A stretch of DNA of 64,000 nt from an uncultured Candidatus Saccharibacteria bacterium (lineage in GTDB: Bacteria > Patescibacteriota > Minisyncoccia > Phycocordibacterales > DATDWN01), in the NCBI GenBank assembly GCA_964426735.1, contig CAYRRP010000003.1, forward strand, positions 77,378 through 141,377. The letters are read 5' to 3'. A program made the position numbers and the translations under genes. Each line of letters starts with the position of its first letter. Within the stretch, counting starts at the first letter, position 1. Below are positions 44,147 to 54,120 of this stretch, in pieces. The notes beneath the pieces are model-generated. The model was not told where the DNA came from. It saw nothing but the letters and a program-made list of their open reading frames with translations, and searched no databases.

Positions 44147-44190
44147 ATTTCTGACTTGATAGACTTTGGACTTTATAGACTTGATGGACT
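44147..44190 (+). promoter_or_regulatory. Second GACTTGAT(R)G-type repeat array, upstream of comM
   Basis: atttctGACTTGATAGactttGGACTTTATAGACTTGATGGACTaaaat, followed by the 16-bp palindrome ATAGACATATGTCTAT spanning the comM ATG. Confidence 0.4.
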
Positions 44191-44201
44191 AAAATAGACA
44201 T

Positions 44202-45758
44202 ATGTCTATTTCTCAAATATACAGCGCTCAGACAAACCTCCTCGATGCCTCCATAGTGACTATAGAAGTGGACCTCTCAAAGGGGCTCCACTCTTTTTCT
44301 ATAGTAGGACTTGCAGGGAAAGCGGTGGATGAAGCAAAAGACCGCGTATCTTCTGCAATTAAAAATACCGGTTTTACTTCACCAAAAAGTAAAAACCAAA
44401 AAGTTGTTGTATCACTTGCTCCCGCTGATATCAAAAAAGAAGGACCTGCATTTGATCTCGGTATTGCTGTCGGATATTTGTGTGCCTCAGGAGACATTCA
44501 AGCGGATATGAAGAAGACTGTGTGTATTGGTGAACTTTCACTCGATGGAAGTATTCGAAAAGTGAAGGGTATTATCCCGATGATTATCGAGGCTCGAAAA
44601 AGAGGTTTTACTGATTGTATTATTCCAAAAGAAAATAGTATTGAGGCATCAGTGATACCTGACATCACCATATATCCCGCAGAAACATTACGTGAAGTGA
44701 TTGGTCATATTCACACAAACCCTCATGGAGAAAAATGGCCTGGAATAGAAAGTACTCCTATACCAACTCTTGAAATACACACTCCTGAAATCCACCTCGC
44801 GCACAATGATGTCGATATGCAGGATGTCGCGGGACAAGAGGTAGCAAAGCGCGCACTCGAAATAGCGGCGGCAGGTGGACATAATATTATTATGTATGGC
44901 CCACCAGGAACAGGAAAAACGATGCTCGCTAAAGCATGCAAAGGATTACTTCCTGAACTTTCTTTTGATGATATGCTCGAAGTTACATCGATTCACTCAC
45001 TTCACAATGGAGGAGGGGATTTGATAACCGCTGCACCGTTTCGTGCACCACACCATACTGCATCATATGTATCAGTGGTCGGAGGTGGTTCAAGCCCACG
45101 ACCAGGAGAAGTAACTCTGGCGCACAAAGGAGTACTTTTTTTGGATGAGATGCCCGAGTTTAGTACACAAGTACTCGAAACACTTCGTGAACCACTCGAA
45201 GAAAAGAAGGTGCGTATCAGTCGAGCAAAAGGAAGTGTAGTATACCCTGCACAATTTATCCTCGTGGGAGCAATGAATCCGTGTCCCTGTGGATACTATG
45301 GAGTGAAGGGAAAGGAATGTATTTGTTCACCGATTCATATTCAAAAATACAAACGAAAACTTTCGGGACCAATCGCTGATCGTATTGATATATGGGTTGA
45401 AGTAAATACAGTCGAACACTCAGAGCTTACAAAAAAGGGGACAGGTGAAACAACGGCCGATATTAAAAAACGTGTTCAAGCAGCTCGAAATATCCAAAAA
45501 AATCGATATATCGAAAAAGGAATCAGTCTCAACAGCGAACTCTCCGGCAAACAGCTTGTTGAAATGATTCACCTCTCTCCTGAAGCAAAAGGAATACTGG
45601 AAGCATCAGCAAAAAAGTTTGATATTTCAGCACGTGCATATCATCGAATCATCAAAACCGCACAAACAATTGCCGACCTTGCAGAAAGTGTACATATCCA
45701 ACCAGAGCATATTCTCGAAGCATTACAATATCGCCCAAAAGCGTATCAGATTATTTAA
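44202..45758 (+). CDS. comM: YifB/ComM Mg-chelatase-like AAA+ ATPase
   Basis: 518 aa; Lon-like N-terminal domain, Walker A GPPGTGKTMLA, Walker B LFLDEMPEF, and a C-terminal ChlI-type zinc-finger-like CPCGYYG. Confidence 0.9.
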   Translation: MSISQIYSAQTNLLDASIVTIEVDLSKGLHSFSIVGLAGKAVDEAKDRVSSAIKNTGFTSPKSKNQKVVVSLAPADIKKEGPAFDLGIAVGYLCASGDIQADMKKTVCIGELSLDGSIRKVKGIIPMIIEARKRGFTDCIIPKENSIEASVIPDITIYPAETLREVIGHIHTNPHGEKWPGIESTPIPTLEIHTPEIHLAHNDVDMQDVAGQEVAKRALEIAAAGGHNIIMYGPPGTGKTMLAKACKGLLPELSFDDMLEVTSIHSLHNGGGDLITAAPFRAPHHTASYVSVVGGGSSPRPGEVTLAHKGVLFLDEMPEFSTQVLETLREPLEEKKVRISRAKGSVVYPAQFILVGAMNPCPCGYYGVKGKECICSPIHIQKYKRKLSGPIADRIDIWVEVNTVEHSELTKKGTGETTADIKKRVQAARNIQKNRYIEKGISLNSELSGKQLVEMIHLSPEAKGILEASAKKFDISARAYHRIIKTAQTIADLAESVHIQPEHILEALQYRPKAYQII

Positions 45759-45795
45759 ATTGATACTGGATTAAAAGATTAAGGATTAAAGGAAA

Positions 45796-45826
45796 AGGCG
45801 CATCCACAGGATGCGCCTCTTTAGAA
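45796..45826. terminator. Bidirectional intrinsic terminator between comM and the convergent small membrane-protein gene
   Basis: AAAAGGCGCATCC-ACAG-GATGCGCCTCTTT. Confidence 0.55.
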
Positions 45827-45837
45827 CACATAATCTG

Positions 45838-46131
45838 TCAGCCAGCAGGGAAGTAGCGAGCAAGTACAGCACCCACTGTCACACAGGTCATGTATATCCC
45901 CACAAACCCAGGAACCCCTAAGGTAATCTTCCATTTCTGGAGACCTTGAGAATAGTTATGGTAAGTGACAAGCACTCCCAACATCTGGTTGAAAGCCAAC
46001 ATCAAAAGCAAAACAAACACCGCTCCGAGAACATTGGCAGATGTTAGTGGTATGGAAAAAAAGACCCATGCCCCTAAAACAACAATAACCCACAGCACAA
46101 CCGAGATCTGATAGAACCGAGATACTTTCAT
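45838..46131 (-). CDS. Hypothetical small membrane protein (3 TM)
   Basis: 97 aa, hydrophobic. Confidence 0.4.
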   Translation of the reverse strand: MKVSRFYQISVVLWVIVVLGAWVFFSIPLTSANVLGAVFVLLLMLAFNQMLGVLVTYHNYSQGLQKWKITLGVPGFVGIYMTCVTVGAVLARYFPAG

Positions 46132-46327
46132 TGGTTACTCCTAAGTAACATTATACAATAATTATGTAAATTAAGCAATAAAAATGTTTTTGGCTTTTAA
46201 AAGTATAAAACTTTCACAATTTCGCCAAGGTCGCTTATGAAATTTTAAAATATTCCTCACCTTACAACGAGTAAGGTTCGTCATATTTTAAAATTTCAGA
46301 AGATGAGATTGGTGAAATTTGGAAGTT

Positions 46328-47506
46328 TTAGAATGGGTTTCGGGCACCTCGTACTTCGAAATGGAGATGAGTCCCCGTCGACTTTCCTGTCGATCCCATG
46401 TTTCCAATTACCTGACCTTGAGATACATTTTGCCCTACTGAGACTTGCACACCTGAAAGGTGAGCATAGAGGGTTTGTGTACCATTTCCATGTTTAATAA
46501 CCACATACGAACCGTATCCTCCATTGTACCCACTACTTTTAGCAACAATCACTTCTCCATCTGCAGCAGCAAGAATATCTGAACCAAAATGAGAAACGAG
46601 GTCAACACCATTGTGTCCATGTATACCCTGACTCTTCACTCCACCCACAATCGGACGAATATAATATCCACTATATGAAGGTGCAGAAAGATACTGTTGA
46701 ACTTTCTTCACAGATGTTGATGTGGTTGTTTTTGTCGTAGAATGCCCAGAGAACATTTCTCCATCAGGGATAATAACAACATCACCCACTGAAAGTTTTT
46801 CACCGGCAGTAAGATCATTAAACTGAGTGATTTCTTCAAGATCCCCACTGTATTTCTTGGCGATAGATTGTAGCGTATCTCCTTTTTTAACCACATGACG
46901 TACTCCAGAAACAGGAAGAATAACCAATCGATCACCAGGGGATACTGTATTTCCTGAAATATCGTTTGACCATACAATTGTATTTGTTGTCACATTAAAC
47001 ATCTTGGCGATTCCAGAAAGAGTGTCTCCTTTTCGTACCACATAAATAGTAATCTGATCTGACGACAGATGATCTTTTGCTGTTGCAGCAACACCAGAAG
47101 TCTCAGCAAGCAATGATGAGTCATCAACAATAGCAATATCACCACCACCAAGAGGTTGGTTTGATGGTGCAGTAGCCGCTTGAAGTAAAGCCATATTTTG
47201 TGAATTTTGGACAAATTCAACATCAGCCGATGCATCTTTAAACATACCAAACACAAAAGATCTGATCCCTGCAGAGGCAACAAAAGGGATAGCGATAAGC
47301 AGACATGCAAAAATAAACTTTGTGAAAAGTTTTATTATAGATTCTTTGTCCGCACCCTTATCGTATGACCCAACTCGACTTCTCCGTACTTTACGGACTG
47401 TCTTGTTTTTTAGACCATTTTGATGAGGAGCTTCTTGTGAGTTTCCCCTAATACGCGTTATGTTAGTTTCAATTCTGCATTTCTGTAAATGGCTCTGTTG
47501 AGCCAT
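46328..47506 (-). CDS. Peptidoglycan hydrolase: 2x LysM plus a C-terminal M23 peptidase
   Basis: 392 aa; LysM (RKGDTLSGIAKMF, KKGDTLQSIAKKY) and M23 (HNGVDL...GSTGKSTGTHLHFEV). Confidence 0.85.
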   Translation of the reverse strand: MAQQSHLQKCRIETNITRIRGNSQEAPHQNGLKNKTVRKVRRSRVGSYDKGADKESIIKLFTKFIFACLLIAIPFVASAGIRSFVFGMFKDASADVEFVQNSQNMALLQAATAPSNQPLGGGDIAIVDDSSLLAETSGVAATAKDHLSSDQITIYVVRKGDTLSGIAKMFNVTTNTIVWSNDISGNTVSPGDRLVILPVSGVRHVVKKGDTLQSIAKKYSGDLEEITQFNDLTAGEKLSVGDVVIIPDGEMFSGHSTTKTTTSTSVKKVQQYLSAPSYSGYYIRPIVGGVKSQGIHGHNGVDLVSHFGSDILAAADGEVIVAKSSGYNGGYGSYVVIKHGNGTQTLYAHLSGVQVSVGQNVSQGQVIGNMGSTGKSTGTHLHFEVRGARNPF

Positions 47507-47587
47507 TTTTTACGACTGTATTTCTGAAGAACTTCTTAAGTATACCTAAAGGGATACATCGGTCAACTAGACCTATCCACACAAACT

Positions 47588-49585
47588 ATGGTCAGACTTT
47601 ATGATATAGTAAGCCCCATGGACGCAACGAAAGACTACCTTTCAGGATTGAATGCTAAACAAAAATCTGCGGTACTTACCACAGAAGGCCCGGTACTTAT
47701 CGTAGCAGGCGCAGGAGCAGGGAAAACCAAGACTATAACTCACAGAATACTCCATCTTATAAAAAACGGGGTACACCCCCACAATATTCTCGCGATTACG
47801 TTTACAAATAAAGCAGGAAAGGAAATGCGTGAGCGAGTGGAGCATTTACTTGCCGCTGACCCTATGCTCCGTGCCCAGCACCACAATGCAGCACCTTTTG
47901 TGAGCACGTTCCACTCACTCGGGGTATTTATCATCAAACAATGGGCTGACCGATTGGGACTTCCGAGACATTTTGGTATTTTTGATAAAACAGATTCAAA
48001 AAAAGCACTGAAAAAGGCACTCGAATCACTGAATGTAGAACCAAAAGAACATCTCGATAAAGTAGCAAGTATTATCTCTCGAGAAAAAGGACTTGGAGTA
48101 TCGTACCAAGAATTTGCTTCACGTCAGAGTTATGATTTTACATCTGATATCACTGCTCGTGCATGGAATATATATGAATCAACACTCAAGAAAGAAAAAG
48201 CTCTCGATTTTGATGACCTGCTTCTCAAATCACTCGAACTTCTTGAACAACACCTTGACATACGTACGTATTATCAAAACCTGTGGCACTATGTACATAT
48301 TGATGAATACCAAGATACAAATAAAGTACAAAATAAAATTGCCGAACTGATCTCTGAAAAACATCGTAATATTTGTGTAGTAGGGGATACAGATCAAAAT
48401 ATTTATAGTTGGCGAGGAGCTGAGATCAAGAACATGCTCTCGTTTGAAAAAAAATATACTGATGCTCACGTCATACTGCTTGAGCAAAATTATCGTTCAA
48501 CAAAAATGATTTTGGATGTTGCAAATGATATTATTTCAAAAAATAAATGGCGTATTCCCAAAAAACTTTTCACTGAAAACACCAAAGGGGAAAAGGTGAG
48601 TGTGTATGAAGCATTCAATGAAGTAGACGAGGCTCATTTCATAGCACAAAAAAGTAAAGAGTTAATCGACCAAGGAACATCATCAGATGAAATCGCTGTT
48701 CTTTTTCGCGCGAACTTCCAATCACGAATCCTTGAAGAAGCATTTCTCGCATATGGAGTGTCGTACCAAATGCTTGGGACAAAATTCTTTGAACGTAAAG
48801 AAATTAAAGATATGCTTTCGTATATTAAATCCGCACTCAACCCAGAAAGTAGTATTGATTTGGCACGCATTATCAATGTGCCGCCACGTGGTATTGGTAA
48901 AGTCACACTTGATAAAATAGAAGCTGGCGAATTTGATTCTCTTCCCACTAAAACTCAGGAAAAAATAAGATTATTTAAAGAAATGCTTGCTCGTATTAAA
49001 GATTTTATCCTGAGTCATAAAACCTCCGAATCAATTCGTTTTATTGTGGAAATTTCAGGAATAGCGAAAGCGTACACAGAAGGAAATGACGAGGATCAGG
49101 AACGTCTCGAAAACATTATGGAGCTTGTCACACTTGCAACAGGATATGATGAATTACTTCCAGAAGAAGGTATCGAGATGCTCCTTACTGATGCTGCGCT
49201 TGTATCGGATCAAGACTCTCTTAAAAAAGAAACTTCTGGGGTTAAACTTATGACTGTCCACTCATCCAAAGGACTTGAATTTGATACTGTGTTCATTTCA
49301 GGTATGGAGGAAGGTTTATTTCCTCATCAACGCCTTGGCGAAAAGAAAAAAGAAGGTGAGGATAGCGAAGAAGAACGACGCCTCTTTTATGTAGCAGTCA
49401 CCCGTGCTCGAAAAAAACTCTATCTCACACTCGCTCAAATGCGTACGATTTTTGGAAACAAACAGATTAACACCCCATCTCATTTTATCGGAGATATCAA
49501 TGAAGATTTTCTTGATCATGAAAAGAAAAGTATGCTGGGGCCTATGGGTAATGCAGGCGGGAAGTATTTTAGTATTGATTTCTAG
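47588..49585 (+). CDS. UvrD/PcrA/Rep-family ATP-dependent DNA helicase
   Basis: 665 aa; Walker A AGAGAGKTKTIT and helicase motifs II-VI (VHIDEYQDTN, ...TVHSSKGLEFD...). Confidence 0.9.
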   Translation: MVRLYDIVSPMDATKDYLSGLNAKQKSAVLTTEGPVLIVAGAGAGKTKTITHRILHLIKNGVHPHNILAITFTNKAGKEMRERVEHLLAADPMLRAQHHNAAPFVSTFHSLGVFIIKQWADRLGLPRHFGIFDKTDSKKALKKALESLNVEPKEHLDKVASIISREKGLGVSYQEFASRQSYDFTSDITARAWNIYESTLKKEKALDFDDLLLKSLELLEQHLDIRTYYQNLWHYVHIDEYQDTNKVQNKIAELISEKHRNICVVGDTDQNIYSWRGAEIKNMLSFEKKYTDAHVILLEQNYRSTKMILDVANDIISKNKWRIPKKLFTENTKGEKVSVYEAFNEVDEAHFIAQKSKELIDQGTSSDEIAVLFRANFQSRILEEAFLAYGVSYQMLGTKFFERKEIKDMLSYIKSALNPESSIDLARIINVPPRGIGKVTLDKIEAGEFDSLPTKTQEKIRLFKEMLARIKDFILSHKTSESIRFIVEISGIAKAYTEGNDEDQERLENIMELVTLATGYDELLPEEGIEMLLTDAALVSDQDSLKKETSGVKLMTVHSSKGLEFDTVFISGMEEGLFPHQRLGEKKKEGEDSEEERRLFYVAVTRARKKLYLTLAQMRTIFGNKQINTPSHFIGDINEDFLDHEKKSMLGPMGNAGGKYFSIDF

Positions 49586-49664
49586 TCTACCTAGAAATTT
49601 TCTCAGATTAAGAACTCTCAAAAACTCATTCGCCAAGCTATGTATGCTGTGTTAGATTAAACTT

Positions 49665-50450
49665 ATGAAAGCTAAAAAGTCACTCGGGCAACATTTCCTC
49701 ACTTCAGAAGCAGCGGTGCATCATATAGTCACCGCATCAGGTGCTAAAAAAGGAGATACGATCCTTGAAATTGGCCCCGGGAAAGGTGTGCTCACTAAGG
49801 CATTACTCGCTACTGGTGCATCTGTCGCAGTGGTAGAAAAAGATGATCGCATGGTACCAGTTTTGTCGGAGACTTTTGTACAAGAAATCAAAGATGGTCA
49901 ACTCACTATTATTCATGGAGATATCTTAACAACCAACATTGAAAAGATACTAAGTGAACCATACTCTGTTGTGGCAAATATTCCGTATTACATTACAGGG
50001 GAAATAATGCGTCTCTTTTTGGAACACAACCACCAACCAAAAAGTATGACATTACTTGTTCAAAAAGAAGTTGCGGAGCGTATTGTTGCTCGCGACAAAA
50101 AAGAAAGTGTACTTTCACTTTCAGTAAAAGCATTTGGCGCACCATCTCTTATATCGGTAGTAAAAAAGGGATCATTTTTTCCAATACCAAACGTTGATTC
50201 TGCCATTATTCATATCGCAGATATTTCGCGAACAAAACTTGGCACAGTATCACCTGAACATTTTTTCGCTGTGGTGAAAACAGGTCTTGCGCATAAGCGA
50301 AAAATTCTTATTTCAAATCTGAAGGACTTATACACAAAAGACACGCTTTCACGTGTCTTTGCAGAACTTTCTTTATCTGAAGATGTACGGGGAGAAGACC
50401 TTGATGTTTCTACATGGATCAACCTTTCCCGTATACTCCAACAGTATTAA
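49665..50450 (+). CDS. rsmA: 16S rRNA (adenine1518/1519-N6)-dimethyltransferase
   Basis: 261 aa; LGQHFL, ILEIGPGKGVLT, ANIPYYITGEI (KsgA/Dim1). Confidence 0.9.
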   Translation: MKAKKSLGQHFLTSEAAVHHIVTASGAKKGDTILEIGPGKGVLTKALLATGASVAVVEKDDRMVPVLSETFVQEIKDGQLTIIHGDILTTNIEKILSEPYSVVANIPYYITGEIMRLFLEHNHQPKSMTLLVQKEVAERIVARDKKESVLSLSVKAFGAPSLISVVKKGSFFPIPNVDSAIIHIADISRTKLGTVSPEHFFAVVKTGLAHKRKILISNLKDLYTKDTLSRVFAELSLSEDVRGEDLDVSTWINLSRILQQY

Positions 50451-51745
50451 TTGCAAGGTTTTGTCAATGCATCCCAATCATAGTATGCATTGTTGAATGA
50501 TCCGAAAAGGTTTGCATACTCTGTGTTTCCTCCTGCTGTTCCCGGGAGAGATTGTAAATAATTAAACTTTCCTTGATTTTGCCGATTGAGGTCAAGCGCA
50601 TTTGTTGCTGTAAATGAGAAAAGTGGGGGAACATAATACGGATCACTCGGAGTACTGTATGCAAGATTGTTTAACGTAACAGTCCATGTGTTATCGCTGT
50701 TTTTCTTAAACATATATACATATTTACCATTCTTCATACCTGATCGTGGGGCAGAACATGATGAGGTTGAAGTTTGTGTGGTGGTTACTATTGCTGAAGC
50801 AGGCACAATACATGCTGAATTTAGGTATGCTCGAGTTTTTTCTCCCACTACGCCAGTACCTTGAGTAAGTCCGAGGATACTGAGTATTTCAGTTGCATGC
50901 GCCTCCTGGAATCTTTTCACTGCAGTCATTACTGTAGAGTCAAACGTTGATGTAGTTTGATTTAAAAACCCACCCTGCTTAAGCGCATAACTCAATGCAA
51001 ACACATCGTTTCCAGAATTACCAAAAGACAGGTTGTTAGAAAAAGAGTAACACTGAGAGTTTGAGGTTATGTTTATATTTGTTCCGTTTGTTTCCGAAGA
51101 AGTTGCTCTTCTTGTCACAAAACTCCCAATATCAATACCGTATGTATTTTTATACGTATTCACCAAATTAGCATAGAGAGAATTTAATGCGCTTAATAAT
51201 GCAGAAGATGCTCGCGTTGTTACATCTGCTGCAGAAGATTCTTGGTTTTTTGTTGAGCCAACAGAAGATGCTGGCACAGGAAGAGCGCCCTCTGGAGCAG
51301 TACACGTATATGCACCATTTACATAATATGGTGCTTTGCCTCCACACTGAGCAAATGCTTTTCCATAAGCAAGTTCTGTTTTTAAAATATCCCAACCAGG
51401 ATTTACACTCTGGATAATAGCATTTGAACCTGGTGCAGCTGTAAACCCAGCAAGTAAATACGCACCATGTCCTGTAGAACCATTGACTGTACATACTCCA
51501 TTAAGAATATAGTCTTTCCCTGATGTAGGGTCGACAAATCCTGCAAGACCAAGTTGTTCCACCTTACAACTCATATCATACCCAAGCGCCTCTCCCTGAG
51601 CTATAGCTTTATTAACACAATCTTGTGCTGCTACTGGATCTGTACGTATCTCACCTGTACAAGTGCCTGTTGTACTTTGTGCATTAGATAAAGATGGTGC
51701 ACACATCCATACCATTAAAAAACCAAAAAGAAGTATTTTTTTCAT
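50447..51745 (-). CDS. Secreted protein with a PG_binding_1-like peptidoglycan-binding domain
   Basis: 432 aa; signal peptide MKKILLFGFLMVWMCAPSLSNA; ...TVMTAVKRFQEAHATEILSILGLTQGTGVVGEKTRAYL resembles peptidoglycan-binding repeats. Confidence 0.5.
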   Translation of the reverse strand: MKKILLFGFLMVWMCAPSLSNAQSTTGTCTGEIRTDPVAAQDCVNKAIAQGEALGYDMSCKVEQLGLAGFVDPTSGKDYILNGVCTVNGSTGHGAYLLAGFTAAPGSNAIIQSVNPGWDILKTELAYGKAFAQCGGKAPYYVNGAYTCTAPEGALPVPASSVGSTKNQESSAADVTTRASSALLSALNSLYANLVNTYKNTYGIDIGSFVTRRATSSETNGTNINITSNSQCYSFSNNLSFGNSGNDVFALSYALKQGGFLNQTTSTFDSTVMTAVKRFQEAHATEILSILGLTQGTGVVGEKTRAYLNSACIVPASAIVTTTQTSTSSCSAPRSGMKNGKYVYMFKKNSDNTWTVTLNNLAYSTPSDPYYVPPLFSFTATNALDLNRQNQGKFNYLQSLPGTAGGNTEYANLFGSFNNAYYDWDALTKPCN

Positions 51746-51769
51746 AATTTCTGTGAATAATAATTACTG

Positions 51770-52723
51770 TTGATTATACCACTGTGTTATACTAAAAACA
51801 CCATGACACATCAAAAAGTGTTAGTAACTCTCATTCTATGTGCAGGTCTTATTACCTCTGTTTTCCTTATATCAAAAACAGAAAAATCTAATGAAAAGAG
51901 TGTAAAAAATGATTCTACTCAACAAAACATAAACCTTTTAGCTACAATTGATAAAAAAGCTGATTCTGATACTGACGGAGATGGTTTAAAGGATTGGGAG
52001 GAAAGTCTGATTAACACCAACCCTCAACTCAAAGATACTGATGATGATGGTACGTCAGACGGAGATGAAGTGGTTCAAAACCGAGATCCTCGAAAAAAAG
52101 CTCCAAATGACAAAAATATCACTCAAAACACAATAACAGAATCCACCTTAACAGATGAAACTCTTACCGAAAGGGTGTCGAGAGACTTTTTTAGTCGATA
52201 TTTAATCGCAAAACAACAAAACATAGATATTACGCCGGAGGAAGCATCTGTGATTGCACAACAAGTAGTCGCAAATATTCCAGGCACTATTGAGGTAAAA
52301 GCATACGGAATAAAAGATATTGTGATTACACCTAACAACTCAGAACAAAGCAGGCTTGCATATGCAAAACAAATGAGTGACATATTGGTTAATAACTCAC
52401 CTCAATTCACAGAAAATAGCTTGGAAATTGTCGGGCGTATCATACAAAACCCTACCGAAAACGACAAAAAGAAACTTGCAACTATCCTCGCAAGCTATAA
52501 AACAATTCTTTCTAAGACGCTTGCGATAGCTGTACCAAGTACAGTTGTACCTGAGCACCTTGTATATATCAACACATTATCTTCAATTTATTCAAACTTG
52601 GCTGAAATAGAGCAAATGACGGTTGATCCAATCAAAGGATATGTAGCATACTCACATTATTCCAATTTTCTCATCAAAATATCAATTGCATTTGAAAATC
52701 TCAAGAAAGCTTCAGGTGTCTAG
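51770..52723 (+). CDS. Hypothetical membrane-anchored protein with a thrombospondin-type-3-like Asp-rich Ca-binding motif
   Basis: 317 aa; TM helix VLVTLILCAGLITSVFLI; DSDTDGDGLKDWEE...DTDDDGTSDGDE. Confidence 0.45.
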   Translation: MIIPLCYTKNTMTHQKVLVTLILCAGLITSVFLISKTEKSNEKSVKNDSTQQNINLLATIDKKADSDTDGDGLKDWEESLINTNPQLKDTDDDGTSDGDEVVQNRDPRKKAPNDKNITQNTITESTLTDETLTERVSRDFFSRYLIAKQQNIDITPEEASVIAQQVVANIPGTIEVKAYGIKDIVITPNNSEQSRLAYAKQMSDILVNNSPQFTENSLEIVGRIIQNPTENDKKKLATILASYKTILSKTLAIAVPSTVVPEHLVYINTLSSIYSNLAEIEQMTVDPIKGYVAYSHYSNFLIKISIAFENLKKASGV

Positions 52724-52800
52724 TACGGGTGTAATTGTTTTCAACAGATAAGAGACTAGAGGGGTAGCACCATACCTCACTCGTACTATATACTATATAT

Positions 52801-54114
52801 ATGTTGTACCCCTCATTTTTCTCAAAAAAAGTACTGTCAAGTGTTTTAATGCTCTGCCTCATATTACCCTTTGGTTTTCTCTTTAATCCAACAACAGCAA
52901 ATGCCCAATGGGTAGTATGGGATCCAGGTAATAATGCAACTGCAGTAGCAGGATGGGCATCAATGATCCCAAACACAACTGCAAACGTAATTAACACAGT
53001 CAAAGAACAAGGTCTTGATGCAATCGGGTATATTATTGCAAAGGCAGTATTAAGTAAAATGACTGCATCCACTGTAAACTGGATTAACACAGGCTTTCAA
53101 GGTAACCCAAGTTTCCTTACAGACCCCGAGAGATTTTTTGGAAATATTGGAGACCAAGTCGCTACTCAGTATTTATTAGGAGCAAATTCTCCATTAAACC
53201 AACTCTGTAGCCCTTTTAAAGCAGAGGTGCGTCTTGCATTGGTTAAAAACTATCTTCAAGAAAACACTTTTCAGTCACAATGTACCTTTTCTGCAATCGG
53301 GGCAAATTTTGAAAGTTTTACCCGAGACTTTACTCAAGGAGGGTGGGATGCTTGGTTTACCATGACCCAGCAAGATCAAAACAACCCCTATGGTGCATAT
53401 CTACAAGCAAAACAACAGCTTTCATTACAAATTGGAACTCAACAAAATAAATATCAAACACAAGTTGCAAATGGTAATGGCTTTCTTTCTTATGAACGTT
53501 GCCGTCGGGACTACATACCTCCGGCAAATGTTGCAAATAGACAATGTATAAAATATGAACCTCTTACTGTAGGAGGAGGAGAGCCAAAGTGTCTGGCATA
53601 CGAGATAGCTGATCCGAATGGTCTTGGTTATGATGACTGCCCTGCATCAGAAAAAGAAGTAGTGACCCCAGGAAGTGTAATCAATGAACAACTTGGTAAA
53701 GCTCTTGGTTCGAGTTTTGCCCAACTCGAAGCTGCAGATGAGCTTAATGAAATTGTAAATGCACTGATGGTACAACTTGTGAATAAAACATTTAGTAGTA
53801 TAGGAAATGGTCTTCGTGGTTTGAGCTCTTCAAATTCTACAAATACAAAAAGTGCAACTCAACAACTCCAAGATGCTGTTAATACTTCCAGCTCTGAACT
53901 TGGATTAGATACAGTAGTAACTACAACACAAGCACTACAGAATGCAGCTAATACAATCCCTACAGAATTTCAACCTGGATCAACTTCCCAAACTCCTGAC
54001 CCTGCAGCAATACAAAGGGCAGTAGATGAAGAGACTGAACGTTTTAGACAGCAATACTGCGCCCAAAATCCAGCAAATTGTCCCTCAAATACAAACGGTA
54101 ACGAAAATCCTTAG
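52801..54114 (+). CDS. Hypothetical secreted protein
   Basis: 437 aa; signal peptide ending ...TTANAQ; Gln/Asn/Thr-rich. Confidence 0.45.
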   Translation: MLYPSFFSKKVLSSVLMLCLILPFGFLFNPTTANAQWVVWDPGNNATAVAGWASMIPNTTANVINTVKEQGLDAIGYIIAKAVLSKMTASTVNWINTGFQGNPSFLTDPERFFGNIGDQVATQYLLGANSPLNQLCSPFKAEVRLALVKNYLQENTFQSQCTFSAIGANFESFTRDFTQGGWDAWFTMTQQDQNNPYGAYLQAKQQLSLQIGTQQNKYQTQVANGNGFLSYERCRRDYIPPANVANRQCIKYEPLTVGGGEPKCLAYEIADPNGLGYDDCPASEKEVVTPGSVINEQLGKALGSSFAQLEAADELNEIVNALMVQLVNKTFSSIGNGLRGLSSSNSTNTKSATQQLQDAVNTSSSELGLDTVVTTTQALQNAANTIPTEFQPGSTSQTPDPAAIQRAVDEETERFRQQYCAQNPANCPSNTNGNENP

Positions 54115-54120
54115 TATTCC

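Noticed and set aside
46215-46285. 60-nt hairpin with 15-bp perfect arms (GAAATTTTAAAATAT...ATATTTTAAAATTTC) and inner stem CCTTAC-AACGAG-TAAGG, considered as a minus-strand copy of the hairpin-repeat family
   Set aside because: Only the 6-bp inner stem matches family copy A; the arms are unrelated AT-rich sequence. Its position ~45 nt after the M23 peptidase stop and upstream of the next minus-strand gene fits an ordinary terminator/promoter spacer.
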